Shown here: positions 32,426 to 40,975 of the stretch, piece after piece
Position numbering within the stretch: position 1 is the stretch's first letter
Layout: each line of letters opens with the position of its first letter
Virus record (IMG/VR): IMGVR_UViG_3300049165_000014
Span: 1-52,758 of that record
Direction: 5' to 3' (one strand)
Length of the DNA: 52,758 nt
Source of the DNA: a virus
Lineage: Duplodnaviria; Caudoviricetes
Made by a program: the position numbers and the translations under genes
The notes under the pieces: model-generated
The model's input: the letters and a program-made list of their open reading frames with translations, nothing else
Databases searched by the model: none
What the model was told of the DNA's origin: nothing

Positions 32426-32657
32426 CAGTAATCACCTTCACAATCCAACTAGAAAGTGCGCCGCCGAACAGGCTCAGCACTGCAACTCCGCCCGCGAACT
32501 TCCAGCGGGCCTGCTCAAGAACACGGATACGAACCTCGTGATCCTCCTTGCTCTTGGCAACGTCGCTGAGGATCGTCTTCAGCTCTGCAAACTGAGTTGC
32601 GATGTCAACCCTGAGGTTGGTCAGCGTGTCGGTAAGCTTGTCGACCTCACCGGCCAT
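32418..32657 (-). CDS. Coiled-coil plus C-terminal TM lysis-cassette protein
   Basis: DHEVRIRVLEQARW then a hydrophobic tail; GGAG RBS. Confidence 0.75.
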   Translation of the reverse strand: MAGEVDKLTDTLTNLRVDIATQFAELKTILSDVAKSKEDHEVRIRVLEQARWKFAGGVAVLSLFGGALSSWIVKVITGG

Positions 32658-32683
32658 TAGATCTCCTTGCAACATCATCTCCC

Positions 32684-34687
32684 TCAGTAACTCAGGAAGA
32701 AGCGAGTAGTGTCGAAGACGAAGCTGCCATCAGGCTGGATCAGCTCAACGAAACTGATGTAGTTCCGGACATCTCCAGTGCCGCCGTCTTGCACCTCGGA
32801 CTTGTTGTATGCCCCGACCTTGAAATACCAGCCCTCAAGATCAGCGAAGTCAGACACCCCGTACGAGAAGTTAGGCGTACTGGGCAGGCTCTCCGGACCA
32901 CCGGTGGTACCGAAGATGTCCACCGTGGAGTTCTGCACTCGGATTCGGAGCGTGACTTCCTGCGTCGGATCGGTCCCAGGCAAGTTGCCGACGCCGGACG
33001 ACCCACCGGCAAGGTTGTCCTTGAACACGCGGATCCGAGGCGTCACAGGATTACCGCCGGACTCCCACTCAGCAGCCAAATAGATCGACGGGTTAGCTCC
33101 AGCGTGGATCTGGAGAACGATCATCTCTTGTCGATCCGTGGACCTTGTCGGATCCGGACGCATGGTGACCGTGAGCTGATGAACCCCGGGATCGGTCAGA
33201 CTCCAGTCAGCCTCAACCCCGTTGAACATCTCCCGAAGCTCGGAGCGAGTACCTCCCGAACCGCTGGATGTCACACCTTGAACGGGCGCGATCATCACCA
33301 TCTCGTTGCTGGCGTTCAGGTAGAAGTGCTCATCCACGTACGTGGTGAGTGCTTCGCCCTCAACCTCGACGAGATCACCAGGCTGATTGGGATCCTCAGT
33401 GGGACCCTGCCACTTCCAGGTAGACAGGTCGAACACAGAACCCGGAGGGTCTGTAGGGGTAGGCTCCTCGAACGTGACGCCCGGAGTGACCTGAAGGTCA
33501 ATCCAGGAAGGCCGACTGAAGTCCGTATCACCGATCGCCAGATCAGGATCTGAAGTTCCACCGTAGTGAATCGTGCTGGTCCTGGCGGTGGTGCTGGTGT
33601 TGTCGGAGCGCCAGCCCAGGTGGACCAGGATTCGGTCACCTGCTTGGAACGGGATGTCGTTCGTGGTTCCCCGCTTCCAGATGTTGGAAGCATTTCCGCC
33701 GACCACCGGGATTTCATAGCTGCTAACCACGATGTTCACCGGGAGGGCACGGGAAGTACCCGTATCTCCCTGCATGACAGCGATCAGAACCCACGGGACG
33801 AAGTCCGCCTCAGAGTTCGACTCAAACCACGCAACGGTCAGGTCATAAATGTCCCGGATGACACCCGGCCCGGTTGCGGGGGCCGACAGCCAGGCTCGCT
33901 GAGATACCCAGTACGGCGCGTCGGCGCTGCTCTCCGATGCCTGGTGCGAGGTAGCAGGGCCAGCAGGCTCACCTGAAAGGCGAAGCAGAGTCTGGATCCC
34001 CGTGGTGTCGTCGACATCCCCGGTGGTGGTCCACCCGTTCTGGATGGGGCTGACCTCGTTGGCCAGGTAGAACCGCACCGTGTCGAGAACCGGCGCAGTG
34101 TCGAACGCCCAGTCGATAGCCGCTGCGAGCAGGGTCTCCAACGCAGCCGTCGCTGCGGTGCCTCCTGCGTTCGGCAGACGGATAGCTACACGACGAGCAG
34201 GGGCCGTTCCGGAGAACATCTGCCCACCGGTGTCATACGCGAAGTATGGAATCCTGGTGGGGGTCGAACCCGAAACAGCGGGGATGATTACGTCCGGACC
34301 CAGCTCCGAACTCAGGACACTGCTGATGGACTGGGCACTGGACCACAGGGTCTGATTTCCAGTCAGCCCGCCCGTGAGCGGGTGGCTTCCCTGCATGGTC
34401 CACTGAGTATCGGATACCGTGGTACCGCCAGTGTCGCTCATCCCGTAGTCGTCCCAAGGCCCGTTCTCCATCAGGATCACGGGCTTGGCAACGGACGCAT
34501 ACTTGGCAGCGAACGTAGCTGCCGCAGACGAGTCAGCAACTACGACGCCGTCATACGACCCGGCGTACTCGGGGTCATCGTCGACCAGAGGGATTACGGT
34601 GTGGCCCGCAGCAACAAGCGCCGAGTTGATTCGGTTGTCCATGTTGCTGTACGACGTGCTTGCGGTAACAAGTACGATGTTCGCCAT
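32684..34687 (-). CDS. Minor tail or receptor-binding protein with a C-terminal PL7 polysaccharide lyase domain
   Basis: FDLSTWKW, RSELREM, QIH, YFKVGAYN. Confidence 0.8.
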   Translation of the reverse strand: MANIVLVTASTSYSNMDNRINSALVAAGHTVIPLVDDDPEYAGSYDGVVVADSSAAATFAAKYASVAKPVILMENGPWDDYGMSDTGGTTVSDTQWTMQGSHPLTGGLTGNQTLWSSAQSISSVLSSELGPDVIIPAVSGSTPTRIPYFAYDTGGQMFSGTAPARRVAIRLPNAGGTAATAALETLLAAAIDWAFDTAPVLDTVRFYLANEVSPIQNGWTTTGDVDDTTGIQTLLRLSGEPAGPATSHQASESSADAPYWVSQRAWLSAPATGPGVIRDIYDLTVAWFESNSEADFVPWVLIAVMQGDTGTSRALPVNIVVSSYEIPVVGGNASNIWKRGTTNDIPFQAGDRILVHLGWRSDNTSTTARTSTIHYGGTSDPDLAIGDTDFSRPSWIDLQVTPGVTFEEPTPTDPPGSVFDLSTWKWQGPTEDPNQPGDLVEVEGEALTTYVDEHFYLNASNEMVMIAPVQGVTSSGSGGTRSELREMFNGVEADWSLTDPGVHQLTVTMRPDPTRSTDRQEMIVLQIHAGANPSIYLAAEWESGGNPVTPRIRVFKDNLAGGSSGVGNLPGTDPTQEVTLRIRVQNSTVDIFGTTGGPESLPSTPNFSYGVSDFADLEGWYFKVGAYNKSEVQDGGTGDVRNYISFVELIQPDGSFVFDTTRFFLSY

Positions 34688-35109
34688 TACTGCGTCACTC
34701 CAGCAGCTTCAACAACCCACACAGTGGGGAAGATCCCCGTCTCAGGCTGAAGCTTGCGGATTGCAACTCGAAGGTACTTGCCGCTCGGGACTGTGATCGC
34801 CTGAGCGATACCCTCCAGCCTTGCGAAGTCCGCATGCAGCGTTAGGATCCGGTCCGCTCCCGAGGCGTAGAACACGAGCTGGTGCACCTCGTGATTGGCA
34901 CCATTAGTAGGAACGTCCAGGGTGACATTCCCAGTCAGGGCAACGTCTGCCCCATCAAACACAGCCGCGTCATACGCAAGAGACCCTGTCGACAGGGTGT
35001 TGTACCCGATGTTCGGAGCATCCTGCTTAGCTTCAATCTCCGTGCGGACCGCATTGAACTCGTCGGCAATACGATCCGCCAGCAGATTCACATTGCCTGC
35101 GAGACTCAT
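34687..35109 (-). CDS. Minor tail / fibre protein
   Basis: N-terminus MSL....LA.RIA.EF..V shared with 35106-35651. Confidence 0.75.
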   Translation of the reverse strand: MSLAGNVNLLADRIADEFNAVRTEIEAKQDAPNIGYNTLSTGSLAYDAAVFDGADVALTGNVTLDVPTNGANHEVHQLVFYASGADRILTLHADFARLEGIAQAITVPSGKYLRVAIRKLQPETGIFPTVWVVEAAGVTQ

Positions 35110-35651
35110 GCCGACAGCCCCGCAACGAACGTGGCGACGAAGTCAGCGTTGTGGTCGCCCATGTCCGTACGAAGAGTGGAGACCTCCGTCGTGGAAGCAG
35201 CCGCGATGTTGGTTCGGGCGTTGCTCTGCTGCGTGGTGGTGAGGCCCTGAGCAGCCGTGTCCACCCGCACGCGGTTGCCCAGTGCGGTAGTCGTGGTGGC
35301 TGCGTAGTTGGCGTCGTCTCCGAGTGCAGCAGCCAGCTCGTCCAGGGTGTCCAACGTGCCTGGCGCAGAGGCGACCAGCTCAGCAACCTCTTCGGCAATC
35401 CGAGCCTCAGTCCGGGACGAGGAGTAGACCGACCCAGTGGAGACGGTCACGTCATCGATGGTGGCGCCGCCGCCAGCAGCACCCTCGGCAATCGCGTTGA
35501 CCTCGTTGATCGCAGCAACGATGTTGGCCTTGTTGGTAGTGTCAAGGCCCGACAGGTCGCCCTGGTTGTTCCCCGAGATCAGCGTCTTGACGGTCTTGAA
35601 CTCGGTTGCAATGCGCGTGGCGAGCGAAGTGATGTTGGACTGAAGGGACAT
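35106..35651 (-). CDS. Tail fibre-like protein
   Basis: L.T..K.NIVAAINEV; APGTLDTLDELAAALGDD; QQ.NARTNI. Confidence 0.8.
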   Translation of the reverse strand: MSLQSNITSLATRIATEFKTVKTLISGNNQGDLSGLDTTNKANIVAAINEVNAIAEGAAGGGATIDDVTVSTGSVYSSSRTEARIAEEVAELVASAPGTLDTLDELAAALGDDANYAATTTTALGNRVRVDTAAQGLTTTQQSNARTNIAAASTTEVSTLRTDMGDHNADFVATFVAGLSA

Positions 35652-35893
35652 TAGGCGAGTCCGTTCTCAAAGAGCACCGTCAGTGACGGGATGTCGTCAT
35701 ACGCAGGGTGCGGGCTTGTGTCGTTGACGTGCGTCGTCACTGACGCATCGATCATCTGCTGAACCTCCTCGGCGGGAACGCCGCCAGCCTGGAGGTTGGA
35801 GATGTCCGTGGTGTTCTGGTTGACCTGATCAATCAGAAGGTTCTGGTGCGAAGCACGAACACGCCCCCTGACCGGAACGTGTGGGATAGGCAT
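35651..35893 (-). CDS. Minor tail protein
   Basis: GGAGG RBS; HPAYDDIPSL...FENGL. Confidence 0.75.
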   Translation of the reverse strand: MPIPHVPVRGRVRASHQNLLIDQVNQNTTDISNLQAGGVPAEEVQQMIDASVTTHVNDTSPHPAYDDIPSLTVLFENGLA

Positions 35894-35912
35894 ACGGCCT
35901 CCTGTAGGCAGG

Positions 35913-35942
35913 CAAAGGCCGCCGCCCCGAAGGGCAGCGACC
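35913..35942 (-). terminator. UUCG hairpin terminator
   Basis: Minus strand GGTCGCTGCCC-TTCG-GGGCGGCGGCC-TTTG. Confidence 0.65.
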
Positions 35943-35950
35943 GTGCCGTG

Positions 35951-38900
35951 TTAGACGAGCGCTCCGAACTTCCCGCCTGTGGTCTGGAAATCCATCCACG
36001 GAGGAAGGTTCATGTCGGAGTCAGTGCGCTTCAGATCTCGAATCCCATCCCCACCGCAGTACATGGTGAAGGACCGAGGAGTAGTTACCGTGTTCGTTGC
36101 CTGGTATCCGACTTCCACGATCAGGCGGTCGCCTGCAAGGAAGTTGATTCCGCCAGGCACTGCCGTCTGCGAGATGTCTAGCTCCAGTTCCCAGCCTCCC
36201 GCAGCGGTCCCGATGGGATCCACCGCGATGAACGAGTAACCGGTACCTCGCACAGCAGCAGCACTGCCCTGAGACACCCACACACAGACCGCAATCTGCA
36301 TGCCACCGTTGGCGTGCGACTGGTATCCACCCAGTGCCATTCGGATCTTGCCCGACAGAGTGCCATCGGCCTCTGCGGGGTTCGACACGAACTGCCTGAT
36401 CAACCCCTCGTAGGGGTTGGTGGCTACCGTCTCGGTTGCCGTGACAGCCGTCGATACACCTTCCGGCATGGGAGCCAGGTGCCTCACATTCGTGAGAGCA
36501 GCCGCAGCGTCCACGTTCCACAGGGACAGTGCAGTCCCCGGAGTCCACGGACCGGTGTCGTTGGACAGGTACAGCCGGTGGTACGGGCCATCCGACGTGC
36601 CGCCGGTGAAGTCCGGCATGGTCGTGTCCGGGTAGCCCGAGTGCCAGGTGATGAACGAGCCCTTGACGATCTCGACCTGGAAGTACTGGCTTGCGTCCCC
36701 ATCTTCGGTGCTGGTGTTCGACTGGCTGTATGCGCCGAGCTTGAAGTAGCACCCGGTCGTGTCACCGTCGAGCCCCGACAACTTGGTGACGCCGTCGAGG
36801 TCGATTCCCAGGTTGCCGTTGTTGCACCAGATCCGGATGGTGTGGAACTCCATCGGATCGTAGTTGCCGATCAGCGTGTACTTCTGCTCCGTACCACCGC
36901 CAGGCGGTGAGTACCGAACGCTGAGGGTGAGGACCCCGCTCTTGACCTCCGTGAGAACACGGATCAGGTCCGAGCTGGCATCGTGAATCTGACCGACACA
37001 AACCCAGGGCTTGGTTTCAGTCAGGTGCGGAACACGGAACCGGTACTCCATGTAGTGGTTACCCGTGCCACCGTCCCACGACGCGTGCCCAGTCGAATCA
37101 TCGGAGCCATTGATCTTCAGCTCTCGAAGCTCAGATCGTGGGTACTGCGTGTTCTCCGAGGTACGCCCAGCATCGACGTTGACCTCGAAGATGACGTTGC
37201 CTACGTCGTTGAGGTAGAACCGATTGGGATCAGTGAAACCATTGAGGAGTTCGTCCCAGTGGTGGTCGACGTGGTTGGTTCCTCCGCCCTCCATACCAAG
37301 GCCGAGGTTGTACCAGTTACCACCGGATCGGGCGATGTGGAGTGCCTCGGCCGGATCCGCCGGGAGGCCACCGCCGCCCGTCGAGACGCTCGACGTGATG
37401 GTGATGGTGTCCGCCGCTGAGCCGTAGTCCGAGCTGAGCGAGAACTGGAGTACGTACGATCCTTCTGCTGTCGCGACGAAGTCGAATTCCGTGCCACTTA
37501 CGGTTTCTCCGATACGGTCAGGACCGTCGAGGATCTCCCAACCAACCGAAACGTTGGGAGCCCCGTAGTCCATGTACGTGGCCTGAAGCGTCCTGCGCTC
37601 ACCCAGACCCAGGCTGAGGTTGTCGCCTGCATCCACCACCGGCGGACGCCCAGCCGGGTTGATCATCTCGACCGTCAGGGTGTCCCGAAGACCGCCGTCC
37701 CTGCTGTAGGTCCGGTTGATCCCGAGGATCTGAAGGCGAACGTCGTTGCCCATTCCCTGCGGGTCGTAGATGGCGATCGTGTCCCCGAGCTGCAAGCGCG
37801 GGTCACCGGCAATCTCAATGGCGTCCGTGGTCGGCGTCGGCCGAGACGTACGCTGCACAAGCTGGGTGATTAGGGCAGAGCCCTCGACGGAGTCCTGATA
37901 CCAGTCACCCGACAGCTCCAGGTTGCGGGCGCCGTACTTCTCCATGGAGTCGTAGTCCCGAGCCCAGACCGTGTCGTTGGCGTCGTCGATGATCTGAGTC
38001 CCCGACAGCCGGAATGCCGGGCTGGAGTTGTCCTCCGAGGCGTTCGACAGTCCACTGGCCAGGCGAGCGTCAAGCTCGTACCCGTTCCAGATCCGGATGA
38101 TCAGCGCGCCGTCCGTGGTGAAGTACGCGTTGATGTCCACACCGCTGACGAACTCCGGGCGCTCTGCCCACTGATCGTCCTCAAGGAACTGGACGCAGTA
38201 CCCACCAACGACGTTGTCGTCCCAGTACGGGGCGAACGGGTTGCCCTCCTCGGACACGTACCGAGTCAGCTTGAACGGGAGCGGAGACTGAATGCCATCC
38301 GCAGCCCACACCTTGAAGTACCGAACCGTGCGTGCAGGCACGTAAAACTGCTGCACATCATCGGCCTCGAACACCGTGCGATGAATGACGGCACGCTTCT
38401 TGTTCGCGGCGATCGTGTACACATTCCGGACCGAGTCCAGGCTATTGGTGATCACCAGGTCTGATGCGTGATCCAGGGACAGACGGCGAACCGTCGTGCC
38501 CTGCTTCTGCTGGATGGTGTCCAAATTCCAGAACCTGAACACACCCTCTTCATCCCAGAACACAGCCCCCATCTCGGCTGCTGCGACTTCCGTGATGATG
38601 TCCCAAGCCTCTCGCGGCTCGGTGGATGGCATGCTCGTGAATCGGTTCTTGCCGATGTCCAAGTCAGCACGGTACTTTGGGGTACGCCACACCCGGTCCG
38701 TTTCGAACAGCGGGTCCCAAGCATCCCGAACGCCGTAGAACACATCGCTCAGGGACAGGGCCTGGCCGATCGTGATTCGGCCACCGATCTGGTCGTAGAA
38801 GCCCTCGTGTGCGTTGACGTACGCACCGGCGGGGACAATGCCGGTGTCCACACCGTTGATGGACATCCGCCAGGTGAAGCCCTCTTCGGGGTCCGGGTAG

Positions 38901-40123
38901 AGATCCCACACGCAGAAGATGTCGATGTGGTCGACACCAGTAGGCAGTGTCTGCCATGCGCCGGTCCTGACAACCAGGTCGAGATCCTCGAACTGGTCCT
39001 GCTGGAATCGAGTACGGATCCTTCCGTCCTCAACCTCCAGGTACAGGGAGAAGAAGTGCCCGAGTCGGACCTCCATGACCTGGTGCAGATCCACCGTTCG
39101 GTAGAGCTGACCATCGGGGCCATTGGTGTTGATCGTGAACCCGAGGTAGTGCGAGCTGTTCGGGCGCTGGTTGGTGTACCCGTCTACGTCGTCCGGATAC
39201 TCCAGGTCCCGGGTCTCCATCCAGTAGCGGATGACGCCCTGGTAGTTGGCAGGGGAGACGTACGGACCGCTCTCACGAATAGGAGTGCCCAGGCCAGAGA
39301 ACGCCAGCGGGCGTGGAGTCCCAGGCGGGGCGTCCGGATGAACCGGCCCGATCTGCTCGTACATGGGCGTGCCATCGGCCGGGAACGTCATGGCCGAGGG
39401 GTTGTCCAGCCATCCGATCGTGGGCAGGTAGGACCCATTCCCTGTCAGGAAGAACCCGAGTCCCTCGCCAGGCTTGGGCTCCTGCGGGATCATGTTCGCG
39501 AACTCTTCAGGCAGGAGAGGACGCTTAGGCGACGGGCCGACATCGCACAGCCGAAGCGCGTGGTCGATGACCCAATGAGAGCGGCAGAGCTGGGAGTCCA
39601 GCTCCCCGAAGTTGACGTGGATATCCGAGACCGCCCACGGCGGCAGCAGAATGGGCCGACGCAGCTTCTCGACTCGGTCGAGCGCGGTGATCTCAACGCT
39701 GTTGTCGGCACGGTGCGGGGTGACCGTCCGGATGTTGCCGACGAACTGCGGGTACCAGAACACCCCGACCGGGGTCTCAACCCCAATCCGGTAGGTGATC
39801 TCAGCGCCAACCATGTCCTTGCCGAAGAACGGCGACAGCGGGTTGTACGGGGAGAACACGCCCGTCAGGGGCATGTTGTTGTACTCGCCCCCCATGACGA
39901 GGCTCATCTCCGCAGCAGCGGCACCCTCGATCAGCAGGATCTCTGCCGGAGCGGTACCGCTAAGCTGGCGGTCAAGACTGATCTCATCGGCGAAGTCACC
40001 AAGGCTGGTCAGCTCGTGGTCGTATTCGCCATCCTGGTTCCAGTCAACGAGGATCTCGTGGAGAAACCTGCGCTCGGAGCTGGTGATTGCCGCTTCAGCG
40101 GCGGCGCCTCCGTGCTCCTGCAC
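35951..40123 (-). CDS. Large tail tip / hub protein with PKD-like and PL7 lyase domains
   Basis: 1390 aa; GDPRLQLGD; PVVDAG.N; YPRSELRE...VGQIHD...YFKLGAYSQSN. Confidence 0.85.
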   Translation of the reverse strand: MQEHGGAAAEAAITSSERRFLHEILVDWNQDGEYDHELTSLGDFADEISLDRQLSGTAPAEILLIEGAAAAEMSLVMGGEYNNMPLTGVFSPYNPLSPFFGKDMVGAEITYRIGVETPVGVFWYPQFVGNIRTVTPHRADNSVEITALDRVEKLRRPILLPPWAVSDIHVNFGELDSQLCRSHWVIDHALRLCDVGPSPKRPLLPEEFANMIPQEPKPGEGLGFFLTGNGSYLPTIGWLDNPSAMTFPADGTPMYEQIGPVHPDAPPGTPRPLAFSGLGTPIRESGPYVSPANYQGVIRYWMETRDLEYPDDVDGYTNQRPNSSHYLGFTINTNGPDGQLYRTVDLHQVMEVRLGHFFSLYLEVEDGRIRTRFQQDQFEDLDLVVRTGAWQTLPTGVDHIDIFCVWDLYPDPEEGFTWRMSINGVDTGIVPAGAYVNAHEGFYDQIGGRITIGQALSLSDVFYGVRDAWDPLFETDRVWRTPKYRADLDIGKNRFTSMPSTEPREAWDIITEVAAAEMGAVFWDEEGVFRFWNLDTIQQKQGTTVRRLSLDHASDLVITNSLDSVRNVYTIAANKKRAVIHRTVFEADDVQQFYVPARTVRYFKVWAADGIQSPLPFKLTRYVSEEGNPFAPYWDDNVVGGYCVQFLEDDQWAERPEFVSGVDINAYFTTDGALIIRIWNGYELDARLASGLSNASEDNSSPAFRLSGTQIIDDANDTVWARDYDSMEKYGARNLELSGDWYQDSVEGSALITQLVQRTSRPTPTTDAIEIAGDPRLQLGDTIAIYDPQGMGNDVRLQILGINRTYSRDGGLRDTLTVEMINPAGRPPVVDAGDNLSLGLGERRTLQATYMDYGAPNVSVGWEILDGPDRIGETVSGTEFDFVATAEGSYVLQFSLSSDYGSAADTITITSSVSTGGGGLPADPAEALHIARSGGNWYNLGLGMEGGGTNHVDHHWDELLNGFTDPNRFYLNDVGNVIFEVNVDAGRTSENTQYPRSELRELKINGSDDSTGHASWDGGTGNHYMEYRFRVPHLTETKPWVCVGQIHDASSDLIRVLTEVKSGVLTLSVRYSPPGGGTEQKYTLIGNYDPMEFHTIRIWCNNGNLGIDLDGVTKLSGLDGDTTGCYFKLGAYSQSNTSTEDGDASQYFQVEIVKGSFITWHSGYPDTTMPDFTGGTSDGPYHRLYLSNDTGPWTPGTALSLWNVDAAAALTNVRHLAPMPEGVSTAVTATETVATNPYEGLIRQFVSNPAEADGTLSGKIRMALGGYQSHANGGMQIAVCVWVSQGSAAAVRGTGYSFIAVDPIGTAAGGWELELDISQTAVPGGINFLAGDRLIVEVGYQATNTVTTPRSFTMYCGGDGIRDLKRTDSDMNLPPWMDFQTTGGKFGALV

Positions 40124-40975
40124 TTATGCCTCCAGTAGTGTCAATGTCGCATCCCTGAGAGGGAATCGAGGGGAAGGTGTTTCGATCTGGTCGATGAGCA
40201 CCTCAGGTGCAGCTCCACCAACCTCGAACTCAGTGGCAACAGCTCCCGCCTCAACCTGAGGGGCAGCCAGATATACGGTTGTGTTGGTCGAAGTCAGACC
40301 AATCGAGAACCGACAAGCCGCAGCACCTGCGGGCGGCGTGATATTGCTCAGCATGTGCATCGTCCACGTCGGCGTGATGTCGAACGCCGGAGAAACCGTG
40401 GGTGTAAGTGGCTGCTTGTCCTTGTCGAACCAGTCGAGCTGGATCGTGGCGCCCAGGTACGGGACGCCCTGAGGAGAACCGAGCCACACCGATGCCGTGA
40501 TCGCCTCACCCGGTAGGACCGGGATGAACTTGTCGTGGTCGAACCGAACGCGAGGCGCAATCTCAGTCCAGCCCGAGAACGCAATGCTGCGCCCCGGCAG
40601 GTCAATCGACGCCGGGTACGCAGATTCCATGACATGAGTGGATCCGGTAGGCAGGCGGACACCCGCCCGCTCGTACCGAGACACAAGGCCGCGAGTGGCC
40701 TGCAGAGACAGGCGATTCTTCTTGAGCGGGTTGATCAGCCAGTACGGACCCCAGATGACCCGGGAGTGCATGGCCTCCAGGAACCGGTACTCCGACTGCT
40801 CCAGGTACTTGAACTCGAACGTGTAATCGGCACGGTGCCCGGTTACGTCCATGGTTCGAGCGCCGCTCAGTCCCTGATGAATACCGCCGTACCGAACCTC
40901 ATTGATCGCGATGTCCGGTTCGGGACAGACGAGGGGCCGCAGGTCTCCCAACGGCCCCAAGTACCAAGTACTCAC
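40124..40975 (-). CDS. Minor tail (distal-tail-like) protein
   Basis: Directly follows the tape measure gene; QVEAGAVAT CBM-like insert. Confidence 0.8.
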   Translation of the reverse strand: MSTWYLGPLGDLRPLVCPEPDIAINEVRYGGIHQGLSGARTMDVTGHRADYTFEFKYLEQSEYRFLEAMHSRVIWGPYWLINPLKKNRLSLQATRGLVSRYERAGVRLPTGSTHVMESAYPASIDLPGRSIAFSGWTEIAPRVRFDHDKFIPVLPGEAITASVWLGSPQGVPYLGATIQLDWFDKDKQPLTPTVSPAFDITPTWTMHMLSNITPPAGAAACRFSIGLTSTNTTVYLAAPQVEAGAVATEFEVGGAAPEVLIDQIETPSPRFPLRDATLTLLEA

